In this document: positions 1 through 13,137 of the stretch, piece by piece | Layout: every line of letters begins with the position of its first letter | Numbering within the stretch: position 1 is the first letter of the stretch | Source of the DNA: Eledone cirrhosa | Lineage: Eukaryota | Length of the DNA: 64,000 nucleotides | NCBI GenBank assembly: GCA_964016885.1 | Contig: OZ024751.1 | Coordinates: 5,952,001-6,016,000, forward strand | Reading direction: 5' to 3' | The notes under the pieces: generated by a model | Databases searched by the model: none | Told to the model about the DNA's origin: nothing | Seen by the model: the letters and a program-made list of their open reading frames with translations, nothing else | Program-made: the position numbers and the translations under genes

Positions 1-2810
1 CTGCCTAAGAAAACTCATACAACACCTACACCGCACGCTACAACACATACGGACTATTTCCAGCCTTGTACCACAACTCGCTGAAACCCCAGAACCTCTG
101 TCCAGAGTTATCTCCCCCGCTATAGACAGGTCATACGACCATCGCCGAGACTACGAGAAAATACGCCTAACGCAAACATTTCTCAAACTCAGCACGGCTA
201 ACCGTCTTAACAACATCCCAACTCTAAGCACCAACAGAGGCGAACAAGACGGTACCAACATCGAACCTAGCGGCGCCCCGACCAACAACACACCTGACGC
301 AAAACACCTCGTCACAGACTTGACAGGATCCCTCTCCCGAGAGGAATTAGACCTCCTCAGCCTGGGTCCCTAGTTCATATTAAAACAGAGACTGGACGAC
401 AAAATGCTCGACATAGAAACGAATTTCTGTCGGGCTGCCTACCAACTAAAATGGATATCGACTCTCGGCAACAACACCACGGAATCTAACAAACCCAGAT
501 TCCCGATATACCAACTGGATCGCCCACTCTCTCCACCGCCTGCCAACCGCGAGCTTGAAGAAAAACTCTGGAGGCTAAAACATTCCGTATTTAACATCTT
601 ACAGAAACAGAAGATAGCCCCAAACCTCTCCAGGACACAACAACTCTCGCCCTGAAGAACCTACGGAATAGGGAACTTATATACTTACCATCCGACAAAG
701 GTAAAGAGTTTTGCGTCATCTCTCAAGCCACATACAACAACCTAGCCTTTGAACACCTAAGCGACAATGAATTATATACAGAGATCCCGGACATGACTGC
801 AGCCCAGATCGAAAAACAGACCAACTCCATCTGGTTCGATATATGTAGGAGAAGACAACTCCCAAATAAAGTTAAGTTCAACTACACCACTAGAAATAGC
901 AGACTGCCCACTTTATACCACATCATCAAGACCCACAAGAATAGTACTAAGACGCAAATAAGACCCATCGTCTCTAGTATAGAAGGACCCCTATACAAAA
1001 TTTCCTGGCTCCTCTCCCAGGTCCTCAAGCCTCTACTCTCCACCTTTCCCGGGCATGTCAGTAGCTCCGACGAAGTTATACGTAGACTACACCAACTCAA
1101 GCCAGAACAACTTAAACTAAATAGATACGCCTTTAGCCTCGACGTTGTCTCCCTCTACACTACAGTCTCCGCTCATCCAGCTGTCGATTTATTGACGGAC
1201 TGCGTGGTCGAAGAGGACATCCATTGCTACGGCCTCCATCCGACGGACATACACCAGCTTTTGTCCTTCACAGTAGACAACACGTACTTCACCTTCCACC
1301 ACCACACATACAGACAGACAACAGGATTACCCATGGGATCCAGCCTATCGGGCCTGCTGGCCATCACCTATATGAACCAGCTAGAATGCAGAGCCCTCAA
1401 CACTTTCCATTGCCATACCTTCTTCACCCGATATGTAGATGATATACTCATCCTTACATCATCCCGCGAGGAGGCAGATAAAATATACACAACATTCTCC
1501 AACATGGACGCCAGTATAAAGTTCAGCATGGATAACTCCGATGACCGCGGACCCCTATCCCTACTGGACTTCCAACTCAGGGTAACAGAGGAAGGCAACA
1601 TCCACACCTGCTTCTATAAAAAAGCCGCCAGCAGGGACCTGTTCGTACATTTCAGATCGGCCCTCCCAGCCGGCGCTAAGTTCGGATACATAAGGAACGA
1701 ACTACATGTATCCGGAACAAATGCACCGACGCTAGAGACCGAGACACACACACCGCACATTTCCTGGAAGTACTCAAACTGAACGGATACACGACATCCA
1801 CCACAAACCGTGCCAGAAAGAACAGAGGACACCACACCCGAGGCACTAACACTTGCTTCCTGAAGCTCCCACACTTCAGTGAGGAAACAACAACAGCCAT
1901 CCGCAAAGCTATCAGACGAGAGGGACTAGATATCTAACTGGCCCACTCAGGTCCTTCTCTACGCGGACAGCTAACCAAAAGACACTCCACCAGACATGAC
2001 AACTGCTGCAGGCTAGCCAACTGCCCCATCAACGACACAGACCTATGCCACCAGGCTTACGTCGTATACATACTGGAGTGTAACAAATGCAGCAACTTCT
2101 ACGTAGGTAGCACCACCAGACCACTCCACATAAGAATAAAAGAACACCTCAATACTAATGCTTCCTCATTTAAGAAACACCTAGTTAAATGCAAAAACAC
2201 CGACAAAACCATAACAGTTAGGATAGAAACTAAGGAAAGAAACCTCGGCAATCTTAGAATTAAGGAAGCACTAATTATAGACAAAACACAACCACCAATC
2301 AAAAATAGACTAGAACTCAACACCCAATTTATAACTTGATAGAGCTTCTAGCTCCATATTTACACCCCCCACACACACGCACACACAAAGACCAGTTCTA
2401 ACACGAGATAATATCTATCCCCCACATTTACGTATAGACATATCTTCTCACTCTCACACACACACACTCACATACTTACACCTTCATGCATTCTCCCACA
2501 CACCTAAACAGGCATGTACAAAAACAACAACATGTTAAAGGGAGACTACTCTTTATCCACCTAACCTTAACTCTTTGACATTAGAGATAGAACAGATACT
2601 CTATACCATTTCCTGTCAGCATGACTTGGCAAGCTATTTAGAACACTGGCTTAACCGCTTTACTTCCCTCCGAAGAAGAGATATAATCTCGAAAGTTAAG
2701 GACATTTAAATAAATCTAAGGTAAAAGACTAATTGTCAACAATATTTTTTGCATTTGCATTCTCTATTCTATGTCCATACCTGCATTGTTTTGGCTTTAT
2801 TATACATATA
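1..2810 (+). mobile_element. Penelope-like retroelement (RT + C-terminal GIY-YIG, CCHH-bearing type), decayed; runs off the window start
   Basis: ORF 793-1782 has PLE RT motifs (IRPIVS, SLDVVSLYT, GLPMGSSLS, RYVDD, LLDF). Frameshifted continuation encodes VVYILECNKCSNFYVGSTTRPLHIRIKEH, stop at 2337-2339. The 3' UTR carries an HHR relic. Confidence 0.92.
2665..2702 (+). ncRNA. Degenerate minimal hammerhead ribozyme in PLE 3' UTR
   Basis: CCGAAGA-a-GAG-atataat-CTC-GAAA-G-TT-aagg. Core U4>C, one base missing in stem III, imperfect stem I. Confidence 0.5.
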
Positions 2811-2815
2811 TAAAC

Positions 2816-2851
<36 letters not shown>

Positions 2852-2855
<4 letters not shown>

Positions 2856-4860
2856 ACATTTTGTAGTTTTCTTGAAGCATTGTATATCACATATAACATT
2901 GAATGTAAAAGTAAGTTTCCTGGTAATCTTTTTTTTTTTTGTTATTTCATCTGTCCAATATTTCGGGACCTCAAAGTCCCATCTTCAGGGTTTCAGGTAC
3001 TTTCAGTGGATCATGTTCCAATTTCCTCTCTTTGAGATAAAATTTCGATTTTGATTAAACATTAAGTCATTTTCAAGCGTCTTTTGTGGTTATTTATTTT
3101 GCTTTCCACGTGAATAACGCCATTGCCAATATAGTATTTCGTGAAATCAATTTTCGTTTTTGTATGAGATGTTTAATCTGTATGCCTGTGGGCGTGTCTT
3201 TTTATGTTAAGTGCTGTGTGCTGAGTTCTAATCTATTATTTATTTGCTGGTTTGAGCAAGGCTTCCTTAATTCTTAAGTTGCTCACATTTCTGACACTGT
3301 CTTTAATAGTAATGACAATACGTTGGTTGATGTTTCTACATTTGTCTATGTGTGTTTTAAATGAGGATGCGTGTGTGTTAAGTTGTTCTTTAATGCGAGT
3401 GTGGAGTGCTCGAGTCGTGCTACCAATGTAGAACTCCTTACATTTGTTGTATTCAATCCTGTATACCAGATGTGTCCTCTGGAACATACCTGTATCGCGG
3501 ATAGGGCAGTTAGTCAGCAAGCATTGATTGTTGTTGTCTCTGGATTGCATTTTAGACAGGTGAAGGGCTGGAGAGTGCTAATTGTAAGTCCAGTCCATCT
3601 TTGCAGATAGCAGTGGTTATGCTTTCGCTGAAATGTGGTAATTTCACGAAACAGGTGTTAGAGGAGGTCTTATGGCTATGGCTCCATCGATTCATAAGTC
3701 GGTTTATTGTGATGGTGGGTATCCGTTCGTCTTCAGTACATCTATGTAGTGTGCAGTGTGGGTGTTCTGGTCCTCTGTCTTGCTACATTTATTCCGGATA
3801 CGTGTCAATTCCTTTCTTATGTATCCGGTTTTAGCGCCAAGGGGAAGGGCTGATCTATAATGCACAAATAGGTCCCTGCTGGCAGCTTTCCTATAGAAAT
3901 TGGTGTATATAGTACCTTCTTCTATTACACTAAGCTGGAAGTCCAGCAGTGACAAGTAACCATTTTTATCGGAGTGTTCTGTGGTAAATCGTATGTTATC
4001 TGTGTTTGAAAATGCCGTAGATATTATGTCGGCCTCTTCACGGGATGACGTGAGGATGAATATATCATCTATGTATCGGTTGAAGGAAACACGAGAGCGG
4101 CAGGTGTAGAGCGTTTGACGTTCCAGTTGGTTTACATAGGTGATGGCTAGAAGGCCTGAAAGACTGGACCCCATGTGTAGGCCTGTTGTTTGTTTGTATG
4201 TGTGGTCGTAGAAAGGGAAATATGTATTTTCTACGACAGATAGAAGCTGATGTATGTCTTGTAGAATGAGGACCAAGCAGTATATGTTGTATGAAATGAT
4301 GCACTCAGTCACTAGGTTGGCCACTGGATGAACCGGTACTGTCGTGTAGAGGGAGAAACGTCGAGGCTAAATGTGTATCTGTTGACTTTAAGTTGGTTAG
4401 GTTGTAGTTGATGTAGTCTTTGTATGACTTCGCAGAGCTGCTCTCAGGCTTGAGGATCTGGGAGGGGAACCAGGAGATTTTATAGAGGGGTCCTTCTATA
4501 GTCGAGACAATTGGTCTAATTTGTAGATTAACACTGGTTTCGTGGGTTTTAATGGGGTGGTGGAACGTTGGCAGTCTACTGTTTCTGGTGGTGAGGTTGT
4601 TTTTATATTTGTTGGATAGTTTTCTACCTCTATAGATATCCGTCCATGTGGTGTTGATGTGTTCTTCAATCTGGGATGCAGCTATGCCTGTCACTTCTCT
4701 ATATAGTTCCCCGCTGTTATGCCAAGCTGTTGTTTGTGTCTCTCGAGATGACGCAGGGAGGTATACGAGGTAATTCTCTCACATGTTTTTTAGAATAAGG
4801 TGTTCTTTCCTGGAGAGGTTAGGGAGTACCTTCTTATGTTTCAGCAGGTATACATGTCCT
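2852..4860 (-). mobile_element. Second Penelope-like element of a related family, 5'-truncated, decayed
   Basis: ORFs 4305-4694, 3704-4324 (GLHMGSSLSG, RYIDD) and 3236-3550 (LVYRIE...FYIGSTTRALHTRIKE) are clearly homologous to the element at 1-2810. Confidence 0.92.
2955..2990 (-). ncRNA. Minimal hammerhead motif in PLE 3' UTR
   Basis: Minus strand: CC-CTGAAGA-t-GGGAC-tttgag-GTCCC-GAAA-TA-TT-GG. 5-bp stem II, palindromic stem III, stem I only 2 bp. Confidence 0.65.
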
Positions 4861-5290
4861 TGTCTGTCTCTGCGTGTGTTGTCTGGAATTCATCCGCTCC
4901 AACACATGCACAACATAAAGGGGGTTTGAGGTAGACGAAATAAATTATATCAAACAGCTTGTTATTATAGATATACACATACAGTATAATTAAATAGATG
5001 CGTATTTCAGTTAATAATATCTATAATGTATATGTCTCCTATATTACAACATACACGTTGATTAATATCATATTTTATGTTGATGACGCCATCACCAAAT
5101 GTCAAAGGGAGAGGAAAGTATTGGTTTTCATGCGGACACTTAACATGTTCTCTGCTGCAAAGTAATAGCTATTCATAGTCAATTGTATTAATATGATAAA
5201 GCCAGAAGAATGAAGGTTAATCTCCGCGTAGGAAGATTAAATACGTACAGATGATTAAATGTATATATATATATATATATATATATAATT

Positions 5291-5460
5291 ATTGTTATAC
5301 TTGGGGAGGGTCATAGTGTAATAATATTGTCAGAAATAATAACAGAACACACTCACTGTTTGGTTGGTTTTCGCTTCTGTATCTTTTATAACTCCACAGT
5401 TAATTCATTTGGTCCTCAATGTTTATCATTGACTGACCGACGGTCAAGAATACAGATATA
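5291..5460 (-). repeat. Shared 3'-terminal module (...ATGACCCTCCCCAAGTATAACAA-(TA)n) of an HHR-bearing repeat family
   Basis: Homologous segments at 6930-6977(+), 19126-19310(-), 42860-42950(+), 35340-35405(+) and 45465-45600(+). Confidence 0.8.
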
Positions 5461-5629
5461 AATACATATATATATATATATAAAATTATCTGCAAGTAAT
5501 TAATATGTGTATATATCTGTATACACAAACATATATATACATATGTACATATATCTGTATATACACGCGCACACATACACACACACATATACACACACAC
5601 ATATATATATAAATATATATATGTAAAAA

Positions 5630-6216
5630 GGAGATCAATATTACCACAGGAACTAAGTACCCTTGGAAATATATAGGGGGTTTATGGTACAGTTGTTGTT
5701 TTATGGTATTAATTTGACATACCAGAACTATAAAATTGAGATAAGCGGAGCAAGAAAAATTCAAACAATTTTTCAAAATAAATCTGCTGCTATTTTAAGT
5801 GGCGTGATAGACAATACGTCTATGTTTGCTCCCGTTTCTACTAAGGGGTAGTTCATGTGTAGGTCAACTTTACGGACTCATTCGATTCTGCACTAGCTAG
5901 CTGAAGGCAATATATTTAGCCGTTCGTGGGACTTTACGTCCTATGTAGGGGAATATGCCGAACATTTCCATTGGAAGTCCCTCGGATTTCCAATCTTTTG
6001 TGAGGTGAAACCGTCGGTAAAAGCAAAAAGAATAGGTAAATAATTAAATTATATTTTTTGAATTTATTTTGAAATATTGTTTGAATTTTACTTGCTCCGC
6101 TTATCTCAATTTTATAGTTCTGGTATGTCAAATTAATACCATACAACAACAACTGTACCATAGACACCCTATATATTTCCAAGGGTACTTAGTACCTGTG
6201 GTAATATTGACTCCTT
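5630..6216. repeat. Foldback element: about 155-bp inverted arms with about 280-bp spacer, flanked by TA repeats
   Basis: 5630-5783 is the reverse complement of 6060-6216 with scattered mismatches. Confidence 0.9.
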
Positions 6217-6382
6217 TAATTATATATATATTTTTTTTTAGTATATGTTGGTTGTATACCAACACCTCAGTATGACGATTGGAGCATTCGACGAAGTGCG
6301 CAGGTTGGTTTGGTTACTCTGGAGTAATGTAGAATAAAATAAAATAAATAAGTCAAATGTTTAAAATTTGGCTTCGTTTATT

Positions 6383-6437
6383 ACTGCTATATATATTTCG
6401 GTGACAGCCATCTTTGGCTGTGACCTCTTCAGGCAGT
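6383..6437 (-). ncRNA. Type I hammerhead ribozyme with intact core
   Basis: Minus strand: ACTGC-CTGAAGA-GGTcACAGCCA-aaga-TGGCTGTcACC-GAAA-TATATA-TA-GCAGT. Perfect 5-bp stem I, long stem II, palindromic stem III, followed by AATAAA. Confidence 0.88.
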
Positions 6438-6533
6438 CCCAATTAGTGTGGTAGAGACGAGTACACATGTTGTTGAGGTGTATAACTTTGTCAATACTCT
6501 GATATGCCCAGTTCCTGGTTGGGTTGTTATTTC

Positions 6534-6571
6534 ACTGAGGAACTGGAATCATATGATTCCAGTTCCTCAGT
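6534..6571. repeat. Perfect 38-bp palindrome
   Basis: ACTGAGGAACTGGAATCAT|ATGATTCCAGTTCCTCAGT. Confidence 0.95.
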
Positions 6572-6778
6572 TCCTAACTTACAATTAAGGACAACATGAA
6601 AACACACACGCACAACCAACCAGTAACATGTAAATAAACAAATAAATAAACGAATATAAACTCACACAGACACCCGGATGTAACACATGCGCAAACTAAG
6701 CACACAACACACACACAAAAACAAGATGACATAGGACAGAACAAAGGAGAGGCACAAAAACAAAGAAAAGAATCCCCA

Positions 6779-6821
6779 GTCACTGAAGAGGTCACATAAT
6801 GTGTGACGAAAGAACTTTGAC
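6779..6821 (+). ncRNA. Type I minimal hammerhead ribozyme
   Basis: GTCA-CTGAAGA-g-GTCACA-taatg-TGTGAC-GAAA-GAAC-TT-TGAC. 4-bp stem I, 6-bp stem II. Confidence 0.82.
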
Positions 6822-7087
6822 AATATATAAACAACCATCTGGTTGTGGAACCAACCAACCAACCAACCGGAAATTTATAAATTCCTAAATTTATAAATTT
6901 ATTATAATAAATTGAAGTAAAAGCAACTGGTGCGTGTGTTTCTTATTGGCAACATGACCCTCCCAAAGTATAACAATATATATATATATATATATATATA
7001 TGCATGTATATAATATATGCAATACTAATAACAATAATAACAATTATTATTTATCGAGCGTGGTACTGTGTATATATATATATATAT

Positions 7088-7140
7088 CCAGAATTAGCCG
7101 TCGAAACGGCTTGAGCTCAGCTGTCGGGGTCTTACTGGTT

Positions 7141-7141
<1 letters not shown>
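7088..7141 (+). repeat. 3' half of the HHR family found at 16050-16143, isolated in TA repeats
   Basis: Matches the reverse complement of about 16038-16092. Confidence 0.85.
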
Positions 7142-7180
<39 letters not shown>

Positions 7181-7182
<2 letters not shown>

Positions 7183-7950
7183 ATCAGTGGTCTACTAGCC
7201 ATCATAGGTATTTCTTCGCATTACAGACCATATACCTCCGGTTACGGCAAGTGCGTAGAAATACCTATGATGGCTAGTAGACCACTGATGATGGATTATC
7301 CTGGGTTATATTTCTAATTCTTCATTAATTATATATATATCCTATATGCAACAACACATTTCTCCATTTTTCATTCCTACATGCTTTCCCCTTCGCTGTG
7401 ACCTGTCTTTTTCTCTTCCCTTACTGCTATCCTCTTTCTCCCGTCCCCTTCTCTCTCCTTCTCCCTCTTACTTTCACCCCTCCCCTCCCCTAGTCACCCT
7501 CTCTCGGCTAGCCTCTTCCTCACACCTTCACTCACTCACTCTCTGCTATTCACCCTCTCTCTCACTTCCTCCATCGTCCCACACCGTACAAGATTATTTC
7601 CTCGCCCACATCCGCACGACCAAGATGTGTCTTTGCCTTCTCGTCAATATTCGCAAGTCCTTATGTTCAAAATGAATCATTGACTTGATTTTCTCCTTTT
7701 TTCCTCTCTTTTCGTTGCCTCACCTTTCGTGTTTGTTTACCTGTCTCTCTTTCTCCACCCAACTCTTTTTATCCCAATAACTTAATTTAGTTATTGTATT
7801 GCCCTAGCCGGAGGCATATGGTCTTTAATGCGAAGAAATAGCTATGATGGACAGTAGACCACTGATGATGGATAGTCCTGGCTTCTATTTATAATTATTC
7901 ATTTTATTATATATATCATATTTGCAACAAACAGCTCGTCGTTTTTCATT
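7181..7950 (+). mobile_element. Non-coding PLE-like repeat with a 40-bp inverted 5' end and partial direct terminal repeats
   Basis: 7181-7220 is inverted versus 7252-7291. About 7252-7376 resembles about 7828-7950 (period about 575 bp). Confidence 0.6.
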
Positions 7951-7973
7951 CATACACACACACACATACACAC

Positions 7974-8039
<66 letters not shown>

Positions 8040-9064
8040 ATATATATACACACATATATATATACACACATTACCACGCTAGATAAATAATTACTAATAT
8101 ATAACACACACAAGTGTTAATTGATGCAGCTGTGTGATTGAGTTATATATAGTAAAGCAGTGCGAGAATCCACTTCCCAAACCAGTAAGCACACACACAC
8201 GCACACATAATTCACTCACAACCACACACACACACACTCATATATATCTATATCAATCTATGTATCTCCCTCTATATATACAAGGTTTTCCCCAAAATGT
8301 ATACACGGTTCAACACTATTCTAATAAATATTGCCTCTACAGGTAATCAAATTTTTTCTGAATTTGTGATAAAAATAAGTTGGATTATTTTGAATAAATC
8401 ATGAATGAATTTTATGTAATTTATCTCCTAAATTTCGTAGCTCTTGATTAAATATGAATATTCTTATATATAATGTATAGTTTACGATTCACTTCTTTAC
8501 GGTTAGTGTCCGTTGTATCATAACACATATAGCCATACGCTATATCATAAACATTCATACGCTTACATAAACATTCATATATTTGCATGATAACGTTTAT
8601 AATTCTGTCGTAAATTTTCTCCTTTTACGTTTTCATAACATTTTACTGTAATTCAGTTTATATATAATATCGTCTTTTTTAAATGTATCATGGGTTACTT
8701 TATTGATTACAGAAGACACTGTAACATAGTCTCTCTTCAATTTCTGTGTATATTGTCGATTACGATTTTATTTGACATCATATATACATGGATATATATG
8801 TGCTTATATTATCAATATGCATACTAAACATGCTAGCAGAAAACCACTCGAAAGGGGATTTTTTTGCTAGTACATATACTTGTCCAACAATCTTTTATAA
8901 AGCCAAATATTGGTGTCACATTCTAAATGCTCTGTCAGTCAGCAATCGCCAGTAAACTCCATCGATCGTCATAAGCTGATGAGTCGCACGTTTTTCGACT
9001 TGTCTCAACATTGGTTTTATCTACCTTCAACATTCTAGAGGTTTCATTTCATGACTCTTGCTAT

Positions 9065-9210
9065 TGCTATAGGCCGAGTCATTAGAACGTCAGATAGTGT
9101 TCTTTCTGTTAGTCGTTCTGGTTCTCGGTTCTTTGAGTTCAAATCCCACCGAGGTCAACTTTGCCTCTCACGCTTTCGAGGATAATAAATGAGACCCTCT
9201 CTAGTACTGG
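9065..9210 (+). mobile_element. tRNA-derived SINE, old copy
   Basis: B-box GAGTTCAAATCCC followed by GAGGTCAACTTTGCCT, as in the other copies. Confidence 0.7.
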
Positions 9211-9420
9211 GTCTAATACTTCTTCTATATCATAATCTCACATTAATTCTCTCAATATCTATCCTTCTCTGGTAGAAATCTGATGTATTCAGACCTGGAA
9301 GGTAGATGGGCTCGCTAGGATTAAAATTGCCATAAAATACACCATATGTAAATATGGCGCCCCTACGACTACCTCATGATTTACGAGTCCATACCCATAA
9401 TATAGTAGTAGTAGTCTAGA

Positions 9421-9484
<64 letters not shown>

Positions 9485-9570
9485 TATTGTTGTAGTAGGA
9501 GTAGTAGAAGTAGTAGTAGTAGTTTTAAGAGGTAATAAGTATATTCTTATATGGAAAATAACATAATAAT

Positions 9571-9610
<40 letters not shown>

Positions 9611-9654
9611 GCGCGCTCTCTCTCTCTGTGATCTGTATACCCTAATGTTCAAGG

Positions 9655-9860
9655 GTTAGTCCTCCTCCTGGTCCCAACGGTGGACAGAATGGATAAAATA
9701 GTGTCTCGGATGATGGTGAGGGAGACCACTGGAACAGCCGCTCCACCTCGCAGAACCCGAACTTGCGGGTAGCCAACGCCACGCCGATAGCAATGAGGAG
9801 GGATGTGGCCAAGGAGCCAAGGACACCGAAAGTGTCCACTGCCACAGTCTTGACCACAAA
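9655..9860 (-). mobile_element. 3' fragment of a CRE-like non-LTR element (end of restriction-like endonuclease)
   Basis: AVDTFGVLGSLATSLLIAIG...VERLFQ(W)LSLTIIR resembles the C-terminus of CRE-clade RLE. Related copy at 15400-15665. Confidence 0.55.
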
Positions 9861-9940
9861 CCTATGAGAGATCGGCCGGAAATGGGCTTAGTTTGACGAA
9901 TGGATTCCTCGTAGCAAATCTTTTCACCGCGGAAGTGCTT

Positions 9941-10185
9941 GATAGTATATTTGGTGACTTGGTGATTTGATAGTATATTTGGTGACTTGGTGATTTGATA
10001 GTATATTTGGTGACTTGGTGATTTGATAGTATATTTGGTGACTTGGTGATTTGATAGTATATTTGGTGACTTGGTGATTTGATAGTATATTTGGTGACTT
10101 GGTGATTTGATAGTATATTTGGTGACTTGGTGATTTGATAGTATATTTGGTGACTTGGTGATTTGATAGTATATTTGGTGACTTG
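9941..10185. repeat. 28-bp minisatellite, about 8.75 identical copies
   Basis: Unit GATAGTATATTTGGTGACTTGGTGATTT, no spacers. Confidence 0.97.
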
Positions 10186-10233
10186 CTGAATCAAATTACA
10201 CTTTCCCTCGTAATTTGACAATCTTCTAGAATA

Positions 10234-10244
10234 AGTAGTAGTAT

Positions 10245-10300
<56 letters not shown>

Positions 10301-10438
10301 GTAGTAGTAATGGTAGTGGTAGCAGTAGTAATAGTAGTAGTAGTAGTGGTAGCAGTAGTAATAGTAGTAGTAGTAGTGGTAGCAGTAGTAATAGCAGCAG
10401 TGATAGTAGTCTAGATAGTAGTAGTAGTAGTAGTGGTA

Positions 10439-10483
<45 letters not shown>

Positions 10484-10516
10484 CAGTAGTAATAGAAGCA
10501 GTGATAGTAGTCTAGA

Positions 10517-10551
<35 letters not shown>

Positions 10552-10628
10552 ATAGTAGCAGTGATAGTGGTCGTGGTAGTAGTAGTAGTGGTAATAGTAG
10601 TAGTAGTAGTAATAGTAGTGGTAGCAGC

Positions 10629-10665
<37 letters not shown>

Positions 10666-10742
10666 ATAGTAGTAGTGATAGTGGTCGTGGTAGTAGTAGT
10701 AGTGGTAATAGTAGTAGGAGTAGTAATAGTAGTGGTAGCAGC

Positions 10743-10776
<34 letters not shown>

Positions 10777-11865
10777 GTAGTAGTAGTAGTAGTAATAGTA
10801 GTAGTGATAGTGGTCATGTTAGTAGTAGTAGTGGTAATGATTGTGGTAATAGTAGCCGTAATAGTGCGCGTGGTAGTAGTAGTTATGGTTGTGGTAAAAG
10901 TAGTAGTATTGGAAGTAGTATTAGTATTAGCAGTAGCATAGCAGTGGTAGCGTTAGTGGTAGTACCAGCGATAGTGGTAGTGGTAGTATTGGTAGCAATA
11001 GTAGTAGTATTAATATTAGTAGTGGTAGTATAAATAAAGGTGACGACGAGCGTGATGATGATTAAGAAGCAAAGGTTGCTGATGATGATGATGATGATTG
11101 TGATTGTGATGATGATGATGATGATTGTGATGATGATGATGATGATGATGATTGTGATTGTGATGATGATGATGATGATTGTGATGATGATGATGATGAT
11201 GATTGTGATTGTGATGATGATGATGATTGTGATTGTGATGATGATGATGATTGTGATTGAGATGATGATGATGATTGTGATTGTGATGATGATGATGATT
11301 GTGATTGAGATGATGATGATGATTGTGATTGTGATTGTGATGATGATGATGATTGTGATTGTGATGATGATGATGATTGTGATTGTGATGATGATGATTG
11401 TGATGATGATGATGATTGTGATTGTGATGATGATGATGATTGAGATTGAGATGATGATGATGATTGTGATTGTGATGATGAGGATGATTGTGATTGTGAT
11501 GATGATGATGATTGTGATTGTGATAATGATGATGATTGTGATTGAGATGATGATGATGATGATTGTGATTGAGATGATGATGATGATTGTGATTGAGATG
11601 ATGATGATGATTGTGATTGTGATTGTGATGATGATGACTATGATGATAATGATGATGACGAAGATTAATAAGCTAATGTTGATGATGATGATGATGATGA
11701 TGATAATGATGATGATGATTAATGGGCTAATGTTGATGGTGAGGATGATGATGATGATGATGATGGTGATGAAAAGACTGCAGTTGATGATGATGATGAT
11801 GACTAAGGTGATGACGTTGACGATGATGATGAAGTTGATGTTGATGATTGTGATGATTGCGATAA
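10234..11865. repeat. Compound (TAG)n then (GAT)n/(GATTGT) trinucleotide array
   Basis: Read directly. It explains the poly-T/V/I/M ORFs. Confidence 0.97.
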
Positions 11866-12020
11866 TGTTGTCTCTATTCGAGATATTCCAATTTAATTTT
11901 GATTTAGAAGTGAAAGAAATACAATTGGGTAACATAGGTAAGACATCTACATTGACAGAGTGAACACGGTGCCGCACACATGCATATATACACACAACAA
12001 ATACATACATACATACGCAC

Positions 12021-12075
<55 letters not shown>

Positions 12076-12122
12076 TGTATATATATATATAATGTATATA
12101 TATATATATATATATACATATA

Positions 12123-12180
<58 letters not shown>

Positions 12181-12228
12181 TCATGTATATTTATAAATAT
12201 TTGTATATATATATATATTTATAATTAA

Positions 12229-12325
<97 letters not shown>

Positions 12326-12382
12326 TAAATATATATATTATATATATATATATATTATATATATATATATTATATATATATA

Positions 12383-12438
<56 letters not shown>

Positions 12439-12704
12439 GTATATAGTAGTATATATAGTAGTATAAACAAATTCAGAAACGAACTATATATATATACTTA
12501 TTTATAAATATATCCATATATATATATATACATATATATGTATATATGTATATATATATATATATATGTATATATTTATAAATAAGTATATTCTATATAC
12601 ATATTTATAAATAAGTATATTCTATATACATATATTCTATATATGTATATATATATATATATATATGTTTATATATATGTATACATATACAAACAAACAC
12701 ACAG

Positions 12705-12736
<32 letters not shown>

Positions 12737-13013
12737 TTGTTTGTGTATACAGCTATGTATCTATCTATCTATATATATTATATCTATATACATTTATATA
12801 AAATGGTATGGAGTAAACTCAATTGAAATTCATTTTATTCATCAGAAATATTTTAATTCGTTTATTTGAAAGTGGCTGGAAGCAATGAAATGTTCGATGT
12901 TTACATAGGAAGGGAATAGCTGTACCATTTGACAACCAATAATTCGTAATTGCATAAGAAATTATGTATTGCTTCTTTGAGTAGGTATTTATGTGTGTGT
13001 GTATATATATATA

Positions 13014-13137
<124 letters not shown>

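Noticed and set aside
8976-9005. CTGATGA followed by a GTCG/CGAC hairpin
   Set aside because: No GAAA, stem III or stem I follows.
9941-10185. CRISPR-like 28-bp periodicity
   Set aside because: No unique spacers; contiguous tandem units in eukaryotic DNA.
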